From Thermoplasmata archaeon (GTDB taxonomy: Archaea; Thermoplasmatota; Thermoplasmata; Lutacidiplasmatales; UBA184), in assembly GCA_028864975.1 (NCBI GenBank), contig JAGWLG010000005.1, forward strand, positions 32,001 through 96,000: a stretch of DNA of 64,000 bases, written 5' to 3'. Shown here piece by piece: positions 9,909 through 18,948 of this stretch. Position 1 is the first letter of the stretch; the number at the start of each line of letters is the position of its first letter. A program made the position numbers and the translations under genes. Under the pieces are notes generated by a model. It did not search any database. It saw nothing but the letters and a program-made list of their open reading frames with translations, and was not told the DNA's origin.

Positions 9909-11279
9909 TCATTCCTGCGGGGCCGCCTCCTTGGCCGCTCCTCGACCAGGATCGAGGGTCGCACCCTTCCGTCGAAGCTCCTTGGCCAGGGCCTCTCCGC
10001 GGCCGGTCAATCGGTAGACCTTCATGCGACGTGGTCGGCCGCGCACGTGGCGAACGTCGACCAGAAGGATCCCTCCGGCCTCCAGACGTCGTAGGACATT
10101 GGTCAGCGCGTTCTGACGGACCCCGAGGGTCTCGGCCATGCCCTGCTGGGTGAACGCAACCGGTGCGACATCGTCCGCGTGAAGCGCCCCTTGCAAGGCC
10201 AGGTGGACGACGACCCTCTCGGAGACGCGAAGGGCGTCCCGGGACGGAGGTGTCGCCTTCGGACGCGAAGGCCGGGCCGGCCTCGCGGTCACGCCCTGGG
10301 TCGCTCCGGAAACCTCTGGGGGCTTCGGAGGGGATATCGGAACCGTTCCAGGGACGGCCACGGCAACCACGGCCTCGACCGAAGAGCTCGCAGTGGGGGG
10401 GCTCGTGATGGCCGTGGGGGTCGTGGCCACGCTTCCGTCAGTCGTGGCCTGGGTATCAGCGACCTCTCTGCGAGCCTTCGTTTCCCGGCTCTCCTGACCC
10501 GTTCGTATCCCCCCAAGTCGCAGCAGGGCGTAGAGCGCGAGCCCTCCCGAGGCCGCTCCCAGGCCTAGCGCCCAGAACAGAGGCGTGATCTCCAGCGAAG
10601 AGGGAGAAGCCGCCGCGGCGGTGACGTTGACCCACGTCGTGGCTGACGCCGGGGTGCCTTTGGAATCGGTGACCGTGAACGTGACCAGATACGTTCCCGC
10701 ATCTCGGTACGAATGATCGAGCGCGATCCCCGTTCCGCTCGATGCGTCCCCGAAGGTCCAGGAGTAGGAAGCGTACGTGCCGGTGCCTCCCGTCACGCGG
10801 CCCTCGAAGGAGACCGTCAGCGGCGCTTCCCCTCCCAGAGGCGAGGCCACGATCGAGACCTCTAACGCCGAAGGCACGACATGGATGGTGATGTTGGCGC
10901 TCGAGGTCCTGAGGCCCTCGTGCACCGTAACGGTCGTGTCGAAGTACCCCGCGTGGCCGTAGGTGTGGTATCTGGGGTCCCAGGGCGCATGGCTCGAGAC
11001 GTTGACATCGGGAGTTCCGTCGCCGAAGCTCCAGTTGTAGCTTGTCGGTACCCCCGAGATCGCGGTCGCGTTCAACAAGACGACCAGGGGAACCCCGCCG
11101 TAGCTAGGGGTCGCGGAAAGCGCGACGAGGAAGAGGGGCTCCGGGGAAGTCGAGGCCTCCTCCGGCGCCGTCCCCGCCCCAGGGGTCCCTGAGAAGAAGA
11201 GGAGGAGGACCCCGAGGAGCAGGGTGATGACCAGGCGCCGAACGTGGCGTACGTAGCACCTCAAGGCGAATGTCGGCAC
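9909..11279 (-). CDS. Membrane-anchored transcription regulator: signal peptide + 2 PKD + TM + cytoplasmic MarR-like winged helix
   Basis: Two PKD units, TM LFWALGLGAASGGLALYALL, C-terminal FTQQGMAETLGVRQNALTNVLRRLEAGG..KVYRLTGRG wHTH; start uncertain (GTG 11279 chosen). Confidence 0.8.
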   Translation of the reverse strand: MPTFALRCYVRHVRRLVITLLLGVLLLFFSGTPGAGTAPEEASTSPEPLFLVALSATPSYGGVPLVVLLNATAISGVPTSYNWSFGDGTPDVNVSSHAPWDPRYHTYGHAGYFDTTVTVHEGLRTSSANITIHVVPSALEVSIVASPLGGEAPLTVSFEGRVTGGTGTYASYSWTFGDASSGTGIALDHSYRDAGTYLVTFTVTDSKGTPASATTWVNVTAAAASPSSLEITPLFWALGLGAASGGLALYALLRLGGIRTGQESRETKARREVADTQATTDGSVATTPTAITSPPTASSSVEAVVAVAVPGTVPISPPKPPEVSGATQGVTARPARPSRPKATPPSRDALRVSERVVVHLALQGALHADDVAPVAFTQQGMAETLGVRQNALTNVLRRLEAGGILLVDVRHVRGRPRRMKVYRLTGRGEALAKELRRKGATLDPGRGAAKEAAPQE

Positions 11280-11333
11280 CCTGTAGGAGCGATATGGGCA
11301 TTTGCTCCCGGGGCCGGTACCCCACACCGGCGA

Positions 11334-11765
11334 TCAGGCCTTCTCTCTGAGGACGGCCGCCGTCTTGCTGAGCTCATCAGGGCTCGTAGGTTGGACCTTC
11401 ATCTCCCACCATTCCTGGAGTGCGAGGTCGTCCCCCTCCCGCCGGGGGACAACGTGGATGTGGAGGTGCCTCACGCTCTGCTCCGCCGATCTGCCACTCG
11501 AGACGAACAGATTGTTGCCCGTGACCTCGAGGACCTTGCGAAGGCGAAGAGCGGTCCACCGCGCGAGCTCGGCCACCTCCGCCCAATCCTCGGGAGTCAC
11601 CTCTGTGAGGTCCGCCGCATGGGCCTTCGGGATGACCAGCGAGTGTCCCCAGCTTATCGGGTTGACATCGAGGAAGGCGAGGGCGCGGGGCGACTCGCGG
11701 ATCCGGTGGGAAGGGATCTCTCCCTTGGCGATGGCGCAGAAGACGCAGGGGGGTCCGCTACCCAT
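11334..11765 (-). CDS. HIT family nucleotide hydrolase
   Basis: CVFCAIAKGEIP, AFLDVNPISWGHSLVIPKAH, HLHIHVVPR histidine triad. Confidence 0.95.
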   Translation of the reverse strand: MGSGPPCVFCAIAKGEIPSHRIRESPRALAFLDVNPISWGHSLVIPKAHAADLTEVTPEDWAEVAELARWTALRLRKVLEVTGNNLFVSSGRSAEQSVRHLHIHVVPRREGDDLALQEWWEMKVQPTSPDELSKTAAVLREKA

Positions 11766-11828
11766 GCAACCAAGAGCGAGCGGGGTGGCTTTGAACCTAC
11801 CGACATGGGCTCCTAAGCGAAGCTCGGC

Positions 11829-14800
11829 TCACCGCGCGCCAAACGGAGGCATCTCGAGACTCCTCTGACGGAGGGCGATCGCCCCGCTCTGAGGGTCGAA
11901 CTCGATCCTCTCGGAAAGGATCGTGGGGGGGTGTCGGACCTGTGTCGCCCCCCCTGCTGGGGTCGATGGCGACGGTTTCGAAGTGTCGCCCGGAGCCGGA
12001 GACGCGCCGGACGCAACAAGGCCCCCGGACGCTCTCCTTCGAGGGGGGCGAAGGAGGAGGAAACCCGCCAGAGCCGTGATCCCCACCGTACCAAGGACCA
12101 GTCCCGCCACGATGGCCGGGTCCCCAAGGGCCGAGCCCGACCTGGCCCCACCTGGCGCACTGACCTGGACGTACAGCACGCTGCTGATACCCCGTCGCCC
12201 CGATGCATCGGTCACCAGGACGAAGACCGCATACTCGCCCGTCATCGCGAACGTGTGCGTGGTGGAGAGCGAGGTCGAGCTGAACGTGGTCCCATCTCCG
12301 AAGTTCCAGAGAACCTGATACGGCACAGCTCCGCCCTGTACGACCGCCGTGAACTGCGTCGGACTGCCCTCTCGCGGGAAGGACGAGCTCCAGAAGCTGA
12401 CGTTCAGAGGAAGGTCCCCTCCCCCGCAGGATGTCGCGTTGACGATGGCGATCGCGGGAAGGGTCGCCGAGTCCCCCACTTGGTCCTCCACGGTGAGACG
12501 GGGATGATAGGTTCCCGGGACCGAGTAGTTGTACGAGATGGTCGCGGGGCCCTGGACCGTGCCCGCTCCGGTGAAGTTCCAGAGGAAGGTGTACGGGGGG
12601 ACTCCCCCCGTCGCGGAAGCCTGAAAGACGACGTTGACCGGCGCGCAGGCGCTGACGCTGGTCGCCGTGGCCGATCCCACGAGGACGGTGCCGTTCCCTC
12701 CCCCGCCGCTCTCGTTGACCTGGATGCGCAGCGACGCGATGGCGCTGTTCCCCCCGCTGTCGTTGACGAGAACGGTGGCCTCGTAGGTACCGGGGGTCGG
12801 GTAGGTATAGGCCGGGCAGGCCTCGGAAGACGCTCCCCCGTTCCCGAAGGTCCACGCATAGGTGTAGGGCGCGAGCCCTCCCGCGACCTGGGCACAGAAC
12901 TGGACCGCGAGCGGCGCCGTACCGCTCGTAGGCTCGCCCGAGACCTGGATCAGGACCGACGAGGAGCCGTTAGGGTCGACCGTGACCATCAACGCGGCGC
13001 TTGTCGCAGAGTTCCCGCGGGCATCCGTGACGAGAAGCTGGACAGTGAAAGTTCCGGTCGCGTAGATGGTGCAACTGAAGCTCGCGTTCCTGGGAGCGGT
13101 GCAGGGGACCCCCGTCCAAGCGAAGGCATAGGGGGGAGCGCCGCCGGAGGCCGCTCCGGTGAACTGGACGAGCAAAGGCGCGACCCCGGTCGTCGGATCC
13201 GCGGAAGCCGTGGCCGAGAGCGCTGGGGGTGAGGTGACGACGACGGTCACGCTGGTCGATGCGGAAGCGCCCGTCGAGTCGGTGGCCACGACGGTGGCGG
13301 TGAAGGTTCCTGGCGTCGAATAGATGTGACTCACCGTGGCCCCCGTGGCCGTCGAACCGTCGCCGAGGTCCCAGCTCCAAGAGTAGGGGGGCGATCCCCC
13401 CGCCGTGGCGGCGTCCAGGGTGCAGGGAGTTCCAAAGCCGACGGGGTCCGGCGTGGCGCTCGCCGCTACATGGAGCGTGGTCGAACTGGTCACGTTCAGC
13501 GTCCAGGTGTCACCAAAGAGGGTGGTCGACGTGCCGCCCCCGAAGTAGAGGACGTACCCCTCGGCGGGGTCGTAGGCCATGGCGGCGCCGGCACGGCCGT
13601 CGGGCATCGCCGTGAGCAGACTCGTCAAGTTCGTCCAGTTCGCTCCCGACAGGCTCCACAGCTCTACACAGCTGGTCGGGCCGCTGCAGGAATGCCGCGG
13701 CCACGTGTCCGTGAAAGGGAGGAGGACCCCTTGAGCGGCCGGATCGTCGACCATCTGCTCCCACCCCCCGAAGGGCGGCTCTGGGCTCCACGTATCGACC
13801 TTCCATGCCCCGTTCTGGTACAGACAGGTCCCGTAGGTGTCGTTCCCCCCTACGGAGACCAAGTAGGCGTCGGTCGAGTCGAAGGTGAGAGGGTCAAGGA
13901 GGGTGCAAGAGTCGACCGCAGCATCCTGCCACCAGGTCCCCGCGTGGTAGAAATCGAGCGGGCTCGCTGACGGGGTAGGGTTCGGGTAGCGCCCGATCAA
14001 GGCTACCGCAGCCGCGACCGGGTCGTAGGTAAGGTCCGGGGCGTACGACCATGACCCGAGGGACGAGGGAAGGGTCCCTTCCAGCTGCCACTGGTCATTG
14101 GAGAAGACCCAGACATCGTTCAGACCACGGACCGAGCTGTTGGACCCGCCCACGAGGAGGAGGTACCCGTCCGCAGCGTCGTACGTCATCATCGCGCCGT
14201 AGCGCGGTGAGGGGGCGGTCGAGAGTCCCGCCGAGAGGTTGGTCCAGACCCCGTGCTCGAAGGCCCACGTGTCGCCGAGGGGGGCGCTCCTCGCGCCCGC
14301 TCCCCCGAAGAGGAGCACGGCCTGCATGGCCGGGTCGTAGGCGGCCGCCGCCCCCGTCCGAGCCGAAGGGGAGGCAGGGGTGGTGAGGAGGGTCCAGGCA
14401 GCGGATACCGTCGGAGGCGTCACCGTGATGGTGAGATTGACGAACGCATGCCAAGGCTGGGCCTGGGTATCGATCGCCTCGAAGGTCACGAGATAGGTCC
14501 CTGGGGCTGTGAACGTGTGGGCACCGAAGGTCCAGGTGCCGGTCCGGGCGTAGCAGTAACTGTTGCTCGGCCCCGCCCTCGCCCCATCGCCGTAGTCGAA
14601 GCTGCAGTCATAGTAGTAGTAACCGGCGGGGTCCCCCCTCACGGAGGTCTCAAACCCGACGGTGAGCGGCGCGGGACCCGCCGTCCTCGAGGCGTTCGCC
14701 CAGGCTTGCAGAACGAAGGAGGGCGACACTCCCGCCGGAGCGCCGTCGGTTTGAGGACCCGATGGGCCCTCTACCACGCTGCCGCGCGCGAGCGTTTCTG

Positions 14801-15095
14801 CCCAAGGGGGTGCGAGCTGCGGTCCGAGCCGTTGACCCGGGAGCTGCCAGTGGTCGACCGGCTCCCACAGGTGGGCCATGGCGTCCGATCGGACCTCCGT
14901 GGGGGTCGGCGAGTGGGCAGCCAACGACAGCGCCCCCGACACCGGGTCCGATAGCGGGCGTCCTGCATGGACAGCAAGCCCCGCTGGGAGGATGCTCAGA
15001 AGGAGCATCATGACCAAGAGGAGCACCATCGCCGTATCGGTCGAGCTCCTGGAGGGTCTGGGGCAGCAGCCCATTGACGGGCGCGATGCATTCAT
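11829..15095 (-). CDS. PKD + Kelch-like beta-propeller + PKD array surface protein with C-terminal TM anchor
   Basis: Signal region MVLLLVMMLLLSIL, PSARxGAxxxYDxxxxxxLLFGG blades, about five further PKD units, TM AIVAGLVLGTVGITALAGFLLL; paralog of 6355-9774. Confidence 0.85.
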   Translation of the reverse strand: MNASRPSMGCCPRPSRSSTDTAMVLLLVMMLLLSILPAGLAVHAGRPLSDPVSGALSLAAHSPTPTEVRSDAMAHLWEPVDHWQLPGQRLGPQLAPPWAETLARGSVVEGPSGPQTDGAPAGVSPSFVLQAWANASRTAGPAPLTVGFETSVRGDPAGYYYYDCSFDYGDGARAGPSNSYCYARTGTWTFGAHTFTAPGTYLVTFEAIDTQAQPWHAFVNLTITVTPPTVSAAWTLLTTPASPSARTGAAAAYDPAMQAVLLFGGAGARSAPLGDTWAFEHGVWTNLSAGLSTAPSPRYGAMMTYDAADGYLLLVGGSNSSVRGLNDVWVFSNDQWQLEGTLPSSLGSWSYAPDLTYDPVAAAVALIGRYPNPTPSASPLDFYHAGTWWQDAAVDSCTLLDPLTFDSTDAYLVSVGGNDTYGTCLYQNGAWKVDTWSPEPPFGGWEQMVDDPAAQGVLLPFTDTWPRHSCSGPTSCVELWSLSGANWTNLTSLLTAMPDGRAGAAMAYDPAEGYVLYFGGGTSTTLFGDTWTLNVTSSTTLHVAASATPDPVGFGTPCTLDAATAGGSPPYSWSWDLGDGSTATGATVSHIYSTPGTFTATVVATDSTGASASTSVTVVVTSPPALSATASADPTTGVAPLLVQFTGAASGGAPPYAFAWTGVPCTAPRNASFSCTIYATGTFTVQLLVTDARGNSATSAALMVTVDPNGSSSVLIQVSGEPTSGTAPLAVQFCAQVAGGLAPYTYAWTFGNGGASSEACPAYTYPTPGTYEATVLVNDSGGNSAIASLRIQVNESGGGGNGTVLVGSATATSVSACAPVNVVFQASATGGVPPYTFLWNFTGAGTVQGPATISYNYSVPGTYHPRLTVEDQVGDSATLPAIAIVNATSCGGGDLPLNVSFWSSSFPREGSPTQFTAVVQGGAVPYQVLWNFGDGTTFSSTSLSTTHTFAMTGEYAVFVLVTDASGRRGISSVLYVQVSAPGGARSGSALGDPAIVAGLVLGTVGITALAGFLLLRPPRRRASGGLVASGASPAPGDTSKPSPSTPAGGATQVRHPPTILSERIEFDPQSGAIALRQRSLEMPPFGAR

Positions 15096-15129
15096 GGTGG
15101 CACCGCGATGAATCTGTGTTCTCTCCGTT

Positions 15130-15190
15130 CAAATATCGAACTCAAAGATACGCTGAGGATACGCCACGAACAGGACGCCCGTAGCGTATC
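15130..15190 (-). promoter_or_regulatory. TATA-like box (15130-15137) plus GATACGC direct repeat (15147-15153, 15158-15165) and an inverted copy GCGTATC (15184-15190)
   Basis: Same motif, period and position relative to the AT-rich box as at 9818-9836. Confidence 0.65.
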
Positions 15191-15282
15191 CGGGTCGTAG
15201 CTCGCTACGGATCCTTGGCGACCTCCCCACTCATCATCGGCGCGGGAGGAGATGTTTTAGGCGCCACCTATTCGCGCCCCCC

Positions 15283-15522
15283 ATGACCCTCACTCGGCGT
15301 TCGGCCATGGCTCCGAAAGGGGCCTACTGCTTCGGATGCAACCAGGCCATCGACGGCGGGGCACCTTCGGTCCGCTTCGAGAGCGACCTTGTCCCCGCCC
15401 CGGACCGCCCCGAGCTGGCAAACCTCTACTTCCACCCTGGCCATCTCCTTCGCTATGCTCGTCGCCGGAACTGGACCGAGCTTGCCTCTTTCCTTGAAGC
15501 TAATACTCCGTCGAGCTGGTGA
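15283..15522 (+). CDS. Small putative zinc-binding protein
   Basis: CFGC...FHPGH (C2H2-type ligand set), 79 aa. Confidence 0.55.
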   Translation: MTLTRRSAMAPKGAYCFGCNQAIDGGAPSVRFESDLVPAPDRPELANLYFHPGHLLRYARRRNWTELASFLEANTPSSW

Positions 15523-15764
15523 TCCTGTTCCGGGCTCTCGGGCACCGAGGGTCCGTGGTCTGCGATGACGAGGAGGGCCCCGGGACCCTGAGTCGTTGTG
15601 TCGTCCTCCACGGGGACGGGAGAGGTGGAGCACCCGAACCCCACTCGAAGAGATGCTGCTCCTCGGTCGGGCCCTTCTTCGGGGAGCATCTCCTCCCGTG
15701 AACACCTAATGCCCCTCAAGATTCTCCTACGAACGTGGGGCATTCCCCGTCAAGTTCCCGAGCG

Positions 15765-18700
15765 ATGAAGACCGGGACCCCGAGCTCGGACATCCCAGGA
15801 CTCTCGAGGTCTGCCCAGCTCGTGGGCCGGCGAGAGGTCATGGCCGAGCTCCGACGGATCCTTCTGGCCGCGAAGGAGGGGACCGGCTCCACGGTCGCGC
15901 TCACAGGCCCCGGTGGGATCGGGAAGACGAGCCTCCTCCGGTGGCTGGACGAGGAAGCGCGGGGCGAGGGCTTTGCAGTGCGGATGGGTTTCTGCTTGCA
16001 GGGGATCGACGCGCCTTTCTTTGCCTTCGAGCAGGTCTGGGGAGCATCGTCAGCCATACGTGACCCACCGGAGAGCCCGGCCGGGTCTAGTGCCGCGGCC
16101 GCGGCGGACGACGACGGGGCCCGGCTCGCGGCCGGGCCTGCGCAGCACGCCTCCATGGAACTCCGGCCGCAAGAGACGGGAGCCCTCCCGGGACGTCCTC
16201 TCCCTTTCCTCGGGCAGGCCGATGACGAGATCCCCCCGTCGGTCACGCTCCTACGATACCGGGAAGAGCTCGCGCAGGCCTCGAGCCAACGCCCGTTCCT
16301 CCTCCTGCTTGACGACCTGCAGTGGGCGGATCCCCAGTCCCTTCAGGCGCTGCAGTTCCTCGCTCGAAACCTGAGCGAGCTCCGCGCGTTCGTGGTCGTC
16401 GCCTTACGCGACGACCCGCACTCCCTCCAGGGGACCGACCCGGCCGAGGGACCGACGGTCGGGGAGACCATCGACCAACTGGTACGGGAGCGGACCCTTC
16501 GCCGCTTCTCCCTCTCCCCCTTCACTCGCGGAGAGGTCCGCCGTCTGGTCGCCAACGCGCTCGGGGGGGGCGTAGTCTCCGGAGAAAGCGAAGCGATGCT
16601 CCAGATCCTGACCGAACGAAGCGGAGGGATCCCCTACTACGTCGAGGAGCTCCTCCAGCAGCTGCGTTCGGAGGGCTACGTCGAGCGCGTCCGTGGAGGT
16701 TGGAAGCTCCGGCCCCCGGAGTCCTGGAAGGGTGCGCGTCGCTCGGGGGAAGGGCCCCGAGCGCCCATCCCCCTCTCGCTCCAGCGCCTGCTCAGGGCCA
16801 AGGTCTCGCCGCTCTCCCCGTCGGAGCGACGCGTTCTCGAGGTCGGGGCGGTGGTGGGGCTCCGCTTCGACCTTGAAGCCGTTGCCGCCGTCACGGGGCT
16901 CGGGGGTGCCGAGACCGAGTCGGTCTCCCGAAAGCTCTCGGAGGGGAGCCCGCTCCTGGTCCCCCCGGGAGGGGGTGGGGCTTCCTGGTCGTTCGTCCAC
17001 CCTCTGCTGTGGGAATACCTCCTCCACGAGCTGGCCCCGGGGTCCTTGCGGCGCATCTCTCAGGACCTCGCGACGTGGTGGGAGGTCCATCGCCCTCAGG
17101 AGATCGGGCGGATCGCGGGGTTCTACCATGCCGCTGGCGATGCGCGACGGGGACCGCCATCGATCCGTCGGGCGCTCGAGCATGCCCGACGGTCCCTCGC
17201 CTTGGACCAGGTCGAGACCTACCTGGGGTGGCTGCGGGAGCTGCTCCTGGAGCAGGGAACTTCGACGGCCCTCGTCGTCGAGGAGCAGTTGTTCATCGTC
17301 GACGCCCTGCGCTCGCTGGGAGGCTTCGAACATGGTCGTCGGGTCCTCGAGGGCCTCACCGACCTTCCGATCCCTCCCCCCCTGCGAGGCGAGGTCCTGG
17401 TCCGTCTGGCGGATCTGGTCAAGAACTACGATCCAGAGCGGAGCCAGCGACTCCTGACCGACCTCGAGCAGGGGACTTCGGTCGCCGGGCTGGTGCCCTA
17501 CGGGACCCTGCTGGGACGGATCCGCGTCGCCCAGGCCTATCTCCGAAACGAACAGATGGACTACTCCAAGAGCCTGGAGCTCGGCAGCGAGGCGCTCTCC
17601 CTCCTCGGGCCGAAGGGCGACCCGTACGAACGATCTCGTGTGCTCTCGTACCGCGCGTCCGCCCTGGCCAATCTCGGCCGGTTCGAGGAGGCGGCCGCCG
17701 CCTCAGGGGGGGCCCAGGAGATCGCCGAGAACGCGGGGTTGATGGGGATCCTCGAGCAGGCCAAGGTGGGCGCCGCCTATGCTCAGCTCGCCCGGGGCCA
17801 CGTTCGAGAGGCCCACGAGGACTTCCTTGCCGCCACCTCGCTCGCCCGACGGTCCGGCCACATCCCCCTCGTAGTGCACGGGCTGCTCTGCGACTGTCTT
17901 TCCCTCCTCGAGTTGGGTCGGTCCGACGAAGCGCGAAGCTTCGCGGAAGAGGCGAAGCTCCTCGCACGGCAGTTCGGCATGCAACGGTACGTGGCCGAGG
18001 CGGAGGGCACTTTGGCCGCTATCGCCCTTCGTCGTGGTGACACCATCAACGCGGTCCGGCACGGGAAGATCGCGCTGGGCTTGTCCAGTGGCATGGGGGA
18101 GGGCCAGCGGGTCAGCTTCCGTCTGACCCTGATCCGCGCTTACGCCGCCAGGGGGGAGGGGGCGGCGGCGCTGCGGGAGCTCTCCGAGGTCCTTCCCCCC
18201 GGGACGGACCCGAAAAGCGCCAGCTATCCGGACATCGCGCTCACGGGCGCTGAGGCCCTTGAGGCCAACGGACGGTCGGAGGAGGCCCGGGCGTTCCTGG
18301 AGGCCTCCCTCTCAAGGTCGCGCGAGATGCGGCTGCCCCTCATCGAAGCGGACTCGCTCCTCGCGCTCGCGGTCTGGGAGGAGCGCCACGGGGGGGCGGC
18401 GGCCTCGAGTCGACGCCGAAAGGAGGCTGAAGCTATGCTGGCACCGCTCTCGCTCTCCCTCCATGGGCGCCCACCGCCCCTCCTCTCCACCCTGCATGCC
18501 TCCCGCCGCCCTCGCCCCTCCCGGAGCGAGCGAAGGACCCCCGGCCTCTCCACGGGAGACCTCGTCCTCCTGCATCTCCAGCGCAACCTCCGCCACAGCG
18601 CCCTCCTGAGCGACGGAGGGGCCGCACCGGTGGCCCTCACGCAGGAAGGGATCGGAGAGGAACTCGGGCTGTCTCAGGGACGTTTGGCCGCCCCGCTCCA

Positions 18701-18830
18701 ACGGCTCGTGCAACGAGGGCTCGTGAAGTGCGCGGTGTGCCACGTGCAAGGGTTCGAAAGGCGCCGAAAGGCCTACGCGCTCACTCGCAAAGGACTTCTT
18801 GTGGCGAAGGGGCTCCAACCCCGCCGTTGA
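15765..18830 (+). CDS. STAND-class (AAA_16-like) ATPase + helical TPR-like region + C-terminal winged helix transcription regulator
   Basis: LVGRREVM, Walker A GPGGIGKTS, Walker B LLLLDDLQWAD, SGGIPYYVEEL, FVHPLL, helical repeats, C-terminal LTQEGIGEELG..KAYALTRKG. Confidence 0.85.
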   Translation: MKTGTPSSDIPGLSRSAQLVGRREVMAELRRILLAAKEGTGSTVALTGPGGIGKTSLLRWLDEEARGEGFAVRMGFCLQGIDAPFFAFEQVWGASSAIRDPPESPAGSSAAAAADDDGARLAAGPAQHASMELRPQETGALPGRPLPFLGQADDEIPPSVTLLRYREELAQASSQRPFLLLLDDLQWADPQSLQALQFLARNLSELRAFVVVALRDDPHSLQGTDPAEGPTVGETIDQLVRERTLRRFSLSPFTRGEVRRLVANALGGGVVSGESEAMLQILTERSGGIPYYVEELLQQLRSEGYVERVRGGWKLRPPESWKGARRSGEGPRAPIPLSLQRLLRAKVSPLSPSERRVLEVGAVVGLRFDLEAVAAVTGLGGAETESVSRKLSEGSPLLVPPGGGGASWSFVHPLLWEYLLHELAPGSLRRISQDLATWWEVHRPQEIGRIAGFYHAAGDARRGPPSIRRALEHARRSLALDQVETYLGWLRELLLEQGTSTALVVEEQLFIVDALRSLGGFEHGRRVLEGLTDLPIPPPLRGEVLVRLADLVKNYDPERSQRLLTDLEQGTSVAGLVPYGTLLGRIRVAQAYLRNEQMDYSKSLELGSEALSLLGPKGDPYERSRVLSYRASALANLGRFEEAAAASGGAQEIAENAGLMGILEQAKVGAAYAQLARGHVREAHEDFLAATSLARRSGHIPLVVHGLLCDCLSLLELGRSDEARSFAEEAKLLARQFGMQRYVAEAEGTLAAIALRRGDTINAVRHGKIALGLSSGMGEGQRVSFRLTLIRAYAARGEGAAALRELSEVLPPGTDPKSASYPDIALTGAEALEANGRSEEARAFLEASLSRSREMRLPLIEADSLLALAVWEERHGGAAASSRRRKEAEAMLAPLSLSLHGRPPPLLSTLHASRRPRPSRSERRTPGLSTGDLVLLHLQRNLRHSALLSDGGAAPVALTQEGIGEELGLSQGRLAAPLQRLVQRGLVKCAVCHVQGFERRRKAYALTRKGLLVAKGLQPRR

Positions 18831-18948
18831 GCGGTCCCCATTCCCCAAAACGGGGCCTGGGGCCGGACCTCCCCGGTCCGTGTCGGCTCGCCGATTCCGC
18901 GTATGTATACAGTCAGGAATAATCCCCCGCCAAGGCGCCTTGAGGAGC

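Noticed and set aside
11829-11940. Frameshifted winged helix at the end of the 11829-15095 gene (ILSERI resembles VSERV)
   Set aside because: The frame continues cleanly to a stop, and no TQ.G..E.LG or Y.LT..G motif was evident nearby
18899-18905. GCGTATG upstream of the hydrolase gene as a copy of the operator
   Set aside because: A single imperfect half-site with no partner 11 bp away; too weak to claim, but worth including in a motif scan
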